Positions 46,666-56,136 of a stretch of DNA of 64,000 nt are shown here, in pieces. Location of the stretch: the IMG/VR virus record IMGVR_UViG_3300023245_000013; one strand, given 5' to 3'. The stretch is from a virus. The notes under the pieces are model-generated. The model had not been told where the DNA came from. It saw only the letters and a program-made list of their open reading frames with translations, and made no database searches. The position numbers and the translations under genes are program-made. Position 1 is the first letter of the stretch, and each line of letters starts with the position of its first letter.

Positions 46666-47283
46666 ATGAAAGATAGACTCCAAAACCACAAGCGAGACAA
46701 CCCAGGACACGCAACTCCACTAACGCCGAGAAACATCATCCCTTGGGAGAGACTATTAAGAGACGCAAGAAGCATTTCACTCAGAGCGCACTTCATGCAA
46801 GACTGGAGCGGCTGGAACTACCAAGTTCATCTAGACCGAGTTGATGATGCAATCTGTGATTTCGGATTCGGAGACAAAACCATACCTGGCTACAGACGAA
46901 GAGTCGCAGCAATCTTTCATGATATGATTGAGGATTGTGGTTGGACCTACAATGATATTGTTGAGTTTGTCAACTCAACAATCGGAAGCTCATGGGGAGA
47001 CCCGAAAGTGATTGCAGACATATGCTACGCTTTGACTGATGAAAAAGGTCGCAACCGAAAAGAGAGAAAACCAGATAAGCTTTATGATGAAATGGCTATC
47101 GAACGAGATTACATCGTTGGAAAAAACGCTGACCGTATTGTCAACCGAGAACGCGCTGGAAAAGCGTCCCTTTACAACAAAGAATATCCTGAGTACAGGG
47201 CCAAGCTTTACACGAAAGGTCACTGCGATAATATGTGGACCTACATGGACGAGCTACATAGCTTTACTCCGCTGGTGGTGTAG
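46666..47283 (+). CDS. HD-domain (p)ppGpp hydrolase-like protein (Mesh1/SAH-like)
   Basis: YQVHLDRV, AAIFHDMIEDC, ALTDEKGRNRKERK, KNADRIVN. Confidence 0.75.
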   Translation: MKDRLQNHKRDNPGHATPLTPRNIIPWERLLRDARSISLRAHFMQDWSGWNYQVHLDRVDDAICDFGFGDKTIPGYRRRVAAIFHDMIEDCGWTYNDIVEFVNSTIGSSWGDPKVIADICYALTDEKGRNRKERKPDKLYDEMAIERDYIVGKNADRIVNRERAGKASLYNKEYPEYRAKLYTKGHCDNMWTYMDELHSFTPLVV

Positions 47284-47390
47284 TACATTGCTCCAAATAT
47301 AGCTATAAAAAGTATTTCACAAGCCCCGTTTTTTGGGGCTTTGTGCTTATTTATAATTGAAGAAACGTTCTTTGATTAATATTAATAGCT

Positions 47391-47705
47391 ATGGAAAAAA
47401 TGCAGAAAATGTATAGTCCACAAATGTTTCAATATGAGGCATTTGACGAGAGTCCTTTTTTGGGAATCCGCGAAATTAAAAAAGGCGATATCTTTTACGA
47501 ATGTGAAAGAGGCGTCAATGTTAAACTGGAAGCATTAAGCGACGCCAGGAAAACAGGAAGCGGGTGGCTCTGTAAAGTTAAAACAAACGAAAAAATTATG
47601 ACAATTTACAGCTCAACAACTAATATGTACGGGCCGAGTTTATATAGAATTCCGTACTATCTTACAACGAACGAAAAAAACCAACACGGATTTATCGTAG
47701 AATAA
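47391..47705 (+). CDS. hypothetical protein
   Basis: 104-aa ORF. Confidence 0.5.
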   Translation: MEKMQKMYSPQMFQYEAFDESPFLGIREIKKGDIFYECERGVNVKLEALSDARKTGSGWLCKVKTNEKIMTIYSSTTNMYGPSLYRIPYYLTTNEKNQHGFIVE

Positions 47706-47859
47706 GGAAAAATAAATATTTATGTAACCAAATTGCCTGTCCACCGTATACTGGTGTGACAGGCAATTTGCGTTTAAGACCTTTTTGCCGAACATTGTAA
47801 CCTTTTAATTTTGTATTCGTATATTTAAACCGTAACGCATTTAACGAAATAAATAAATC

Positions 47860-48573
47860 ATGGCAGAAAAGAGAAAATTGAGCTGGTTTGAATCCACTCT
47901 AATAAAAACGGGTCTTGCAAAATTAAGCGACCAAACTGTTCTCGGCGATAAAGCGCCGACGGGTATAGTGGAGCCAATTCCATCAGCGTCAACATTCCCT
48001 GCAGCAGATGGCGAAGTAAAAGGGATAGTTGACTCTGAGATTAGAAAAACACTCGATGAAGAGCTTTTAAACTTTAACAACACCGACCCTCGAACTAAAG
48101 GAATCGACTTTTTTGAATTCAAAGAGGGACTAAAAATTGCTACTGGCGCAACAGCTGAATCAAGGGCTGCAAATGCTTTTAAAACTGCTCAGGCGTATTC
48201 AGGTGGATTGCTCACTAAAGAGCGTTTGTTGAGCACTGCAAAATTGTATCGAGAAATCATTGAAGGAGAAGCTGATGGCTTTGAAGCTCATGTGAAAAAC
48301 TTGATTGGAGAAACAGTTGGACAACAAGAGAACGAAGCTCGTGAACTTGAGGAACAAAACAAATCAATCAGCAGCCAAATCGACGCGCTCAACACTGAAA
48401 AAAATAAGAACATTGAGCGATTAAACACTTTGAAAGGTGAAATCTTCACTGGACGTCGTAACATCGACCAAAAAGCAGCAAACTTTGAATCAACTCTGCT
48501 CGTCCTTGTAAACGAGCACAAACTAGCTGTTGAAGCAGTTGAATCACTACAAGATGCGGCTGCATCTGTTTAA
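47860..48573 (+). CDS. coiled-coil hypothetical protein
   Basis: First gene of the operon behind promoter motifs at 47724 and 47797. Confidence 0.65.
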   Translation: MAEKRKLSWFESTLIKTGLAKLSDQTVLGDKAPTGIVEPIPSASTFPAADGEVKGIVDSEIRKTLDEELLNFNNTDPRTKGIDFFEFKEGLKIATGATAESRAANAFKTAQAYSGGLLTKERLLSTAKLYREIIEGEADGFEAHVKNLIGETVGQQENEARELEEQNKSISSQIDALNTEKNKNIERLNTLKGEIFTGRRNIDQKAANFESTLLVLVNEHKLAVEAVESLQDAAASV

Positions 48574-48592
48574 CCACTAAAACCCGAAACAG

Positions 48593-49666
48593 ATGTTAGG
48601 AGAAGAAAATTACGAAGAAAGAAAAAAGTCGTTCTGGAAAAAACCAGAAGGGATAGGAGCGATAATTTTACTAGCAATAGGTGCCGTTGCTGCGGCGTTT
48701 TCAGCCTCAGCGATTATTGCTTTTGTGTCAAGCATTCTGGCCTCAGTGGTCGGAATTGTGGTTCTAGGATTCATTGCGGCTTTAATTATCTTCGCATGGA
48801 GAGATGAAAGATTAAAAACTTCCATCCGATACGTTATGAAGTCTTGGATGAAAAACCTTGCGGGAGCAGTTGGTGTGAAAACCAACCCGATAGCTATTCT
48901 TGAAGGCTACGTTGATGACCTTAAAAAGAAGAGAATAAAAATGGTTAAAGGGCGCAAGGTTATGATGCGTCAGATTTCCAATGTTGAAGGAAAGCGGCAA
49001 AAGCGCTCAGAGGAGTACGAAGAGTATAAAAGCTTAGCACTAGCGGCTCGAAAAAGAGGTGATAAAACTCTAGAAGGTAGAAATGCTGGAAGAGCTATAC
49101 AACTTGAGACTATAATCCAGAAGTACCAGGCGATGGTAGACAAGATGTCATTTTTGCTGAAAGTCATTAAGAGAATGGAGAAAGCCAGTGACACGATGAT
49201 TTCAGAAATTTCATTCAAGGTTGGACTTAAGAAAGAGGAGTACGAAATGATGAAGACTTCTCACGGAGTTATATCTGATGCATGGGCCATTGTTAAGGGC
49301 GGGACATCACAGAAGCAGCTTTATGACGAAGCTTGGGATTATGTCACTGAACAAACTGAGTTCCGAGTTATGGATATGGAGAACATGCTTCACGGAATGC
49401 AAGACTTCATGGATAATGTAGACCTTAAAAACGAAGCCTCTTTGGAAAAAGGCTTAATTAAACTTGACGAGTGGGAGAAGAGTTTAAACAACTCATTTGA
49501 TGAAGGATTCGACTTTTTAAATGCCACTGACAAGCCTGTCGAGTTCGCTAAGGCGCAACGAGAAAGCAAAGAGAGCGGTAGAGAAAAAGTGAAAATGCAA
49601 GCGCAAACACAATCTGCATCTAGCGAAGCTTCATCAGGAGGAAGCGGGAGTAAGTATTTTAACTAA
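48593..49666 (+). CDS. membrane-anchored PspA/IM30-like coiled-coil protein
   Basis: Two N-terminal TMs, then PIAILEGYVDDL and a long coiled coil. Confidence 0.55.
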   Translation: MLGEENYEERKKSFWKKPEGIGAIILLAIGAVAAAFSASAIIAFVSSILASVVGIVVLGFIAALIIFAWRDERLKTSIRYVMKSWMKNLAGAVGVKTNPIAILEGYVDDLKKKRIKMVKGRKVMMRQISNVEGKRQKRSEEYEEYKSLALAARKRGDKTLEGRNAGRAIQLETIIQKYQAMVDKMSFLLKVIKRMEKASDTMISEISFKVGLKKEEYEMMKTSHGVISDAWAIVKGGTSQKQLYDEAWDYVTEQTEFRVMDMENMLHGMQDFMDNVDLKNEASLEKGLIKLDEWEKSLNNSFDEGFDFLNATDKPVEFAKAQRESKESGREKVKMQAQTQSASSEASSGGSGSKYFN

Positions 49667-49757
49667 ATCGAAACCTTTACCGTTCATGCACGTATATTAA
49701 AGCATATTCAAACAATCATAAACCGCGCATAAGTGCACAATTTTAAAATCGAAAATC

Positions 49758-51374
49758 ATGGCAGTACAAGTCAGTAAAGGGCGTATCACGTCAATCCTCT
49801 TAGTGATTGCACTAATAGGGGGTCTCTACTTCGCATATAGCAATGGCTATATTGGACAAGGAGGAGACAATATTGTCGTCGCAGGAGACGACGAAACACA
49901 GATTTTAGAGCCAATGGCTCCAGTGTCTGAGGATGGAACTCAAGTGTTCCGAATTGGAGTTGTAACGTGGCCTGGCTACCTTGCAGCACAATACTGGAAC
50001 AACGGATTTTCTCCTAACTCTGGCTCAAGGTTCCGTTCAAACTATGGCTTTGATGTCCAGTTTGTTCTTCTTGAAGACCAATTAGCATCTCGTTCAGCTC
50101 TTATTGGGGATGAAGTGGACTTGCTCTGGTCAACAGTGGAAAGTTTTCCTGCGGAAGCGGCAGGACTAGCTAAGTCAGGAGTAGAGTATGTATGGCAATC
50201 AGATTTCTCACGTGGTGGAGATGCCTGTGTGGTTCGAACGGATGCTGGAATTAATTCAGCCCAGGACTTACGAGGAAAAACGATAGCCTACTCAGAGAGA
50301 ACACCATCACACGCATTTTTGATGTATGTATTAGAAGCAGGAGGACTGACATTGGATGACATCGTCCCAGCACCATGCCCAAGTGCTTTAGATGCAGCTC
50401 AAGTATTTAATTCAGGACAAGCGGATGCCGCAATTGTATGGGCACCAGACAACTTCAACTGTGTTGAGACAATCAACGCTAAGATGAAGGACTCAAATGC
50501 AGCAAGAGTGTTGATGGATACAAAAACCGCAACACATATTATCGCCGATGGATTCCTTGTGAAGAAAAGCTTTAAAGATGCAAACTTCGAAAACCTTGTA
50601 AACCTTTTCGAAGGATGGGCAATGGGAGCAGCTGAACTTCAAACCTCAGATGAAGCACGTCAAAAAGGAGCGCAAATTCTTGTAGACAATCTTGAAGGGT
50701 TTGTTACTTACGAAGATGCCTACGCTTCACTTAGCGATGTATACTACACATCAATAGCGGACAACGTTAACTTCTTTGGCCTTAACCGAGCATATGAAAA
50801 TGTAACCGCACAAGAGCTGTACGATGAAACTGGAAAACGATTTGTAAAATCAGGAGTGATTGCTTCATTCCCGAATTGGGGGCAGGTTTCTGACCGAAGC
50901 ATCGTCCAGGAAGTTGCTAAACGTATGGAGGAAAAAGGATTAATGAATAAGCCAGGTTATGTTGCTGAAAACACAGTGATTGAAAATGCGCCTTCACCAA
51001 CCTTTGCCAACACAGAGACTGTGGCAGCAATATCCTCTAAAGCACTTCAAGTGTACTTTAAAACAGGAAGCTCAAACCTAGATTTCAATGCAAAAAATTA
51101 CATTAAATCTGAATTTGGAACAGTTGCCCGAACAAACATGGGAGCGACCATTCGAATTGTAGGAAACACTGATGCACAAGGCTCGTCAATGATTAACGAG
51201 CGCCTTTCAAAGGAACGTGCCGAGTCAGTTAAAGACTATATGGTTACAGCGTGGAGCATCGACCCAAACAGAATAGTAGCTGTTGGCAATGGTCCAAAGA
51301 AAGCTGTTAAAGCAGGAGCTCAAGGAGCTAACCAGGCTTACAGAACGGTTGACTTCGAATTGATTACCCAGTAA
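49758..51374 (+). CDS. ABC substrate-binding (NMT1/SsuA-like) protein fused to OmpA-C domain
   Basis: VTWPGY, QSDFSRGGDA, DLRGKTIA, AAIVWAPD; C-terminal VYFKTGSS, VGNTDAQG..NERLSKERAESV, YRTVDF. Confidence 0.8.
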   Translation: MAVQVSKGRITSILLVIALIGGLYFAYSNGYIGQGGDNIVVAGDDETQILEPMAPVSEDGTQVFRIGVVTWPGYLAAQYWNNGFSPNSGSRFRSNYGFDVQFVLLEDQLASRSALIGDEVDLLWSTVESFPAEAAGLAKSGVEYVWQSDFSRGGDACVVRTDAGINSAQDLRGKTIAYSERTPSHAFLMYVLEAGGLTLDDIVPAPCPSALDAAQVFNSGQADAAIVWAPDNFNCVETINAKMKDSNAARVLMDTKTATHIIADGFLVKKSFKDANFENLVNLFEGWAMGAAELQTSDEARQKGAQILVDNLEGFVTYEDAYASLSDVYYTSIADNVNFFGLNRAYENVTAQELYDETGKRFVKSGVIASFPNWGQVSDRSIVQEVAKRMEEKGLMNKPGYVAENTVIENAPSPTFANTETVAAISSKALQVYFKTGSSNLDFNAKNYIKSEFGTVARTNMGATIRIVGNTDAQGSSMINERLSKERAESVKDYMVTAWSIDPNRIVAVGNGPKKAVKAGAQGANQAYRTVDFELITQ

Positions 51375-51461
51375 GGGAAAATAGTTCATAAACAAACTGC
51401 AAAGGGCGCAGAGGCTGAGTAGAAACACCAGAACTGCGCCCTTTTTATATCCAGTCACACC

Positions 51462-52295
51462 ATGAAAATATTCACTACAAAACACATCTGGAAGATAAAG
51501 GCTCAGTTGACAAAGCGAGAGAAAACCTTCATAGGATTCTTAGGGTTGCTTGTAATATTAGCAGGATGGTACCTACTAACTGAGTTCGGTGGAATACCAG
51601 AACAAATTCTTCCAAAGCCGCTAGATGTGCTAGGCGCATTTGACGGACTTATTGACCCTGAAGCAACAAGACAGAAAGGCTTATTGGAACACATCGAGAA
51701 AAGTCTTGTAAGGAACTTTTTAGGGTTTCTTGAGGCCGCAATCATCGCTATCCCATTAGGCTTCTTAATCGCTCTTAAATCACCTATAAGAGCAATTTTT
51801 GAAAAGTACATCCAGTCTGCTCGTTACTTACCAATTGCGGCATTGATTGCTCTCTTTATTATCTGGTTTGGAATCGGAGAGACAATGAAGATTCAATTTC
51901 TTGCATGTGGCATAATTGTTTACTTGCTTCCTGCGATGATTGCTAGAGTAGACGAAGTCAAAAAAATGTATGAGAACACAGCTAGAACACTTAATGCTTC
52001 TGAGTGGGAAATATTTAAAACAATCTATTTGCCAAAAGGCTTAGGGCTGGTATTTACGGATATCATCAATCTTACAGCAATTTCATGGACCTACATCATC
52101 ATTGCTGAGAACATTAATTCAGCGCAAGGCGGAGTTGGAGTGCTGTGTTGGCAAATGGCTCGACAGAGCGAATACGCAAGTGTATTCGCGGTGTTGTTTG
52201 TTATTTTCTTAATTGGATTCCTTCAGGATAAAATTCTAACTCTAATTGATAGAAAAATATTCCCTTGGAAGCATCAAAACAAATCTAACAAATGA
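51462..52295 (+). CDS. ABC transporter permease (SsuC/TauC-like)
   Basis: [28 protein letters not shown]-like loop, SWTYIIIAE. Confidence 0.85.
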   Translation: MKIFTTKHIWKIKAQLTKREKTFIGFLGLLVILAGWYLLTEFGGIPEQILPKPLDVLGAFDGLIDPEATRQKGLLEHIEKSLVRNFLGFLEAAIIAIPLGFLIALKSPIRAIFEKYIQSARYLPIAALIALFIIWFGIGETMKIQFLACGIIVYLLPAMIARVDEVKKMYENTARTLNASEWEIFKTIYLPKGLGLVFTDIINLTAISWTYIIIAENINSAQGGVGVLCWQMARQSEYASVFAVLFVIFLIGFLQDKILTLIDRKIFPWKHQNKSNK

Positions 52296-53134
52296 GCAAT
52301 ATCTTAGAACTAAGAAACGTGTGCAAGTCATACGACAGCGGCGAGGTCAAAATCATTGAGAATCTGGATTTGGTCGTTCCTAAAAAAGAAAAAGGAAACC
52401 TGATTGTTATCCTGGGACCATCTGGTTGCGGAAAGAGTACACTTCTACGATTCATATCGGGACTAGATATTCCTACCTCTGGAACTGTAATGGTGAACGG
52501 AAAGCCAGCACAAGACAAGTCAAATAAAGTTGGACAAGTTTTTCAAAAGTATAGTTCATACGACTGGTATTCTGTGTTGAGAAATGTTCAACTGGGATTG
52601 GAGTATCGAAATAATGCTTTCATGGAGAGCCCGTTGCGGTTCGTAAAAGAAAGGCTTGGCAAATCAAGCGAAACCTATTTAAGCAAAGCTGAACGAAACA
52701 GGCAGGCTTTGGAGATTATTGAAAAGGTTGGACTTAAAGGTCATGAAAACAAATTTGCTCAGTATCCGCTTTTGAGTGGTGGTCAACTTCAGCGTGTTGC
52801 AATTGCCCGAAGCATCTTGGCGAACCCAAGCATCATGTTAATGGATGAGCCGTTTGGAGCCCTTGATGTTAAGACTCGTAACCAGATGCAACAACTGACG
52901 TTAAACCTATTTTATGAATACAAACCGACAATCCTTTTTATTACGCACGACATCCGCGAAGCTGTTTATTTGGCGGATGAAATCTATGTCATGGGGAACG
53001 CTCCTGCTAAGTTTGTGAAAAAAATTGATGTCACAGCTGAAATAGGATATGAACGACCAGTAGAGATTAAACAGTCAAAGAAATTCTACGACGTTTATAA
53101 CCTAGTTTATGATATCATGATGTCGATGGAGTAA
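52292..53134 (+). CDS. ABC transporter ATP-binding protein (TauB/SsuB-like)
   Basis: [32 protein letters not shown]. Confidence 0.92.
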   Translation: MSNILELRNVCKSYDSGEVKIIENLDLVVPKKEKGNLIVILGPSGCGKSTLLRFISGLDIPTSGTVMVNGKPAQDKSNKVGQVFQKYSSYDWYSVLRNVQLGLEYRNNAFMESPLRFVKERLGKSSETYLSKAERNRQALEIIEKVGLKGHENKFAQYPLLSGGQLQRVAIARSILANPSIMLMDEPFGALDVKTRNQMQQLTLNLFYEYKPTILFITHDIREAVYLADEIYVMGNAPAKFVKKIDVTAEIGYERPVEIKQSKKFYDVYNLVYDIMMSME

Positions 53135-53290
53135 GCCACCCTTAAAGCTTGTAAGATTTAGGCTCGTGTTTTTAAAGTAAAAAAACAAGACCATGATTTT
53201 CTACTGAAAAAACACAAGCCAAAAAGCCTCGTAATTAATTACGAGGCTTTTGTTGTTTTTATCATTATAATCCTTAGTTTTGTTATAGAA

Positions 53291-53953
53291 ATGAGAGAAA
53301 AAGCAAGTTTAGGCTCAATAATTAAAGAAAACTGGAAGTTGACTCTTCATAAGCTTTGGGTAGCCAGGTACATGTGGAAGGTTTGTCGGGCTCTAATGAA
53401 AAGAGCATGGAGACATGATTTTTCTAAATACTCAAAACACGAGGCACCTTACTTTGCTAAAGCGAGCTCTTTAAAGAAACTCAAGTATGGCACAGAAGAT
53501 TATAAAAAGAACTTAGAGTCAATTCAACCAGCTCTTGAACATCATTACAAGAACAATTCTCATCATCCACAGCACTACGCTAAAGGAATAATGACAATGT
53601 CAATACTTGATTGGTGTGAAATGCTTTGTGATTGGAAAGCAGCAACAAGAAGAACAAAATCAGGAAGCATAAAAGTCTCTTTGGAAGAGGGTCAAGAAAG
53701 ATATAAATACTCTAATGAGACCAAGAGTAAATTTTCTGACTTTCTTCGTGAAGTAGGCATCTGGAAACCATCTTATAATGTTTACAGAAAACCTAAAGGA
53801 GAAGGCGAATACGATTATACAATGATTCCTGATGATGCAGGATGGATTTACGAGCAGTGTGAAAAAGAATGTGAAATGATATTCTCATCAGAGAGTGAGA
53901 AACAAGTTAGAAGATATTTTGAAGCAGTCTCAGAACGAGCTATAAAACAATGA
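53291..53953 (+). CDS. DUF5662-like HD-related protein
   Basis: RHDFSKYS..E, ALEHHYKNNSHHPQHY, EMLCDWKAA. Confidence 0.65.
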   Translation: MREKASLGSIIKENWKLTLHKLWVARYMWKVCRALMKRAWRHDFSKYSKHEAPYFAKASSLKKLKYGTEDYKKNLESIQPALEHHYKNNSHHPQHYAKGIMTMSILDWCEMLCDWKAATRRTKSGSIKVSLEEGQERYKYSNETKSKFSDFLREVGIWKPSYNVYRKPKGEGEYDYTMIPDDAGWIYEQCEKECEMIFSSESEKQVRRYFEAVSERAIKQ

Positions 53954-54540
53954 GTAAACATAGACCATCAAACAATTTAACAGTGTTAGACCAGGATAAC
54001 TTTATCCTTGACGGTACACTTGTGGTTATTGACCAGTTAACTGGCGAACATAAAGACGCCAAACTTGACGAAAACAGCGTCAAGCAAACTGTTTTTGAAT
54101 ACAAGAGAACAATGATAGACCGAGGCCTTGCTTTTGGTGTCTTGGAAAAAAGCATGATTGCAGACAAGGAAGACGAAATAAGCGCTCAAGAGCTTTTGAA
54201 TGTCAATGACTTCGAAATAAAGCTTGCTCAAGACTGGGAGGAAGAAGAACTTAATGAAGACGATATCGCTTTCCAAATTATGGACATGATGTATGACGCT
54301 GAGGGAAGGAGGGTTGTTGGACGAATCCATCTTTTAGATACTCCTCAAGGTTTAATTGCTAGAGAAAACATAAGCAAAGGATTAAAGTGCTATATCAGCT
54401 CTAGCGGAGTAGAAGATGTAGTGACCAGAGATAAATCAGTACCACTAGAAGTAGATTTTGCGTTTTTACACAAACTGCAATCCTTTAAAGAGGGGTGGAA
54501 ATTATCTTTCATTGGACGTGGCGGAAAATATGGATTCTAA
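53950..54540 (+). CDS. hypothetical protein
   Basis: 196-aa ORF; RIHLLDTPQG resembles prohead-protease-like phage proteins (weak). Confidence 0.55.
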   Translation: MSKHRPSNNLTVLDQDNFILDGTLVVIDQLTGEHKDAKLDENSVKQTVFEYKRTMIDRGLAFGVLEKSMIADKEDEISAQELLNVNDFEIKLAQDWEEEELNEDDIAFQIMDMMYDAEGRRVVGRIHLLDTPQGLIARENISKGLKCYISSSGVEDVVTRDKSVPLEVDFAFLHKLQSFKEGWKLSFIGRGGKYGF

Positions 54541-54586
54541 TGGTGGAATTTAGGGCAAACAAAAGCATAACACAACACAGTAAAAA

Positions 54587-56014
54587 ATGGACGAAAAAAA
54601 ACAAACTCCACCAGCCTCTAGAGCTGATGAGTTAAGAGATGCAACTTTGGAATACTTTACGTCTCACGCAACTAAGACTAATACAGAGTTTAGAGAAGAG
54701 GATTTATTGGTGACACTAACCAATGAATATGAGCTAAATATGTTTATAGAACTCAAAAAAAGAACAGAAAAAACAAGAGGCAATAAGTTTAAAATAACAA
54801 ACATCACGCCGATTGAGCAGAGTTCAATTACGGACTACTGTTTTTCTCTAGCCACAAAAGACCATGACCAAGGCGGGCGAAAACTAAAGCAGAAGGAGCT
54901 TTATTTAGGAGATAGAATGGGTGCGTATAGAGTTGATTTTTCTGACGGAAGCTTTATGTGTTTTTCAAAATGGATGATTGGAGAAGGAAAAACTAAATGC
55001 TTAGAAGGTGTTTATGTAGCCACAAAAGAGACTTGGTTGAACTTTTTCGAAATCCTCTCTGAGGAGAATAAGAGAATCACCAGGCCTAAGAAAGGAGTCT
55101 TCCGTATTCGAGGTGGAGCTGGAGGGGAGCTTGAATATGAAAGAGTTAAGGAGTTAAAAGAGACACCAGTTGTCCACCCATCGACCTCAATTTTAAAAGA
55201 TGACATGGAATTCTTTTACAGCAACGTAACCATGTTTACGAAGTTCAATCAGCCAGGGACCAGAAAAGTAATGCTTGTCGGGCCTCCTGGAACAGGAAAG
55301 TCGTCCATTTCTATGCGCTTAGCCACAAGTCTAAGTAAAGAAAAATGTGTTGTTTTCTCCACAGACTTATCAGCAGTTGCGTATCATTTAGACAGATGCG
55401 CAAAGTATAAAATGTCAACATTTGTCATCTTGGAAGACGCAGAATCAACTTTAAGAGATGCTACATCTTCTATCTTAAATTTCTTAGATGGAATAGACCA
55501 GCCAATCAACAAAAGTGGAGCATACATTGTAATGACAACTAATCACCCAGACCGAATTGAGCCTAGAATTCTAAAGCGCCCAGGAAGAGTGGATAAAATA
55601 ATTCACTTTGGAGCTTTAAAAGGAATGGACGCATTGCTGTGTGCTGACATATACTTTGAAGACATCATCTTTTTCAAAGAGATGTCTAAAAAAGAAAAAG
55701 ACACCCTTCGAGAAGAGCTTCTACCAGTTGTTCACAACAAAGGTGAAGGAATGACAGGCGCAGAGATTAAGCAACTATCAGAAGCCACAATAGCTTACGC
55801 AGTGTCTAATCAAATTGAGAAAATCACTGTAAAAATTATAAGCGAGGTAAAAGAAAAGCTCTCAGAAGACCTTAAGAATGTCTATGAGCTAGCAGAGGAA
55901 GAAGGATTAGGTAAGTCAAGTTCTGGGAAACCAGTTTTCCATCCAAAATACAAAAAGGAACAAGAAAAACAATCCTTTGATTTTGACCCGTTAAGAAAGC
56001 AGGAAAGCTTCTAA
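54587..56014 (+). CDS. AAA+ ATPase
   Basis: GPPGTGKS, ILEDAES, LNFLDGID, MTTNHPDRIEPRILKRPGRVD, TGAEI. Confidence 0.88.
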   Translation: MDEKKQTPPASRADELRDATLEYFTSHATKTNTEFREEDLLVTLTNEYELNMFIELKKRTEKTRGNKFKITNITPIEQSSITDYCFSLATKDHDQGGRKLKQKELYLGDRMGAYRVDFSDGSFMCFSKWMIGEGKTKCLEGVYVATKETWLNFFEILSEENKRITRPKKGVFRIRGGAGGELEYERVKELKETPVVHPSTSILKDDMEFFYSNVTMFTKFNQPGTRKVMLVGPPGTGKSSISMRLATSLSKEKCVVFSTDLSAVAYHLDRCAKYKMSTFVILEDAESTLRDATSSILNFLDGIDQPINKSGAYIVMTTNHPDRIEPRILKRPGRVDKIIHFGALKGMDALLCADIYFEDIIFFKEMSKKEKDTLREELLPVVHNKGEGMTGAEIKQLSEATIAYAVSNQIEKITVKIISEVKEKLSEDLKNVYELAEEEGLGKSSSGKPVFHPKYKKEQEKQSFDFDPLRKQESF

Positions 56015-56136
56015 AACAGCTCAATACAAAAAGGCAACTTTCCTCAAAGTTGCCTTTTTTTTTGTAACCTTTTGACAAAGTGCTCGTATATTAAAAGAAA
56101 ACATTCAGAAACGCAGAACCTAAAAACAAAAGAATC

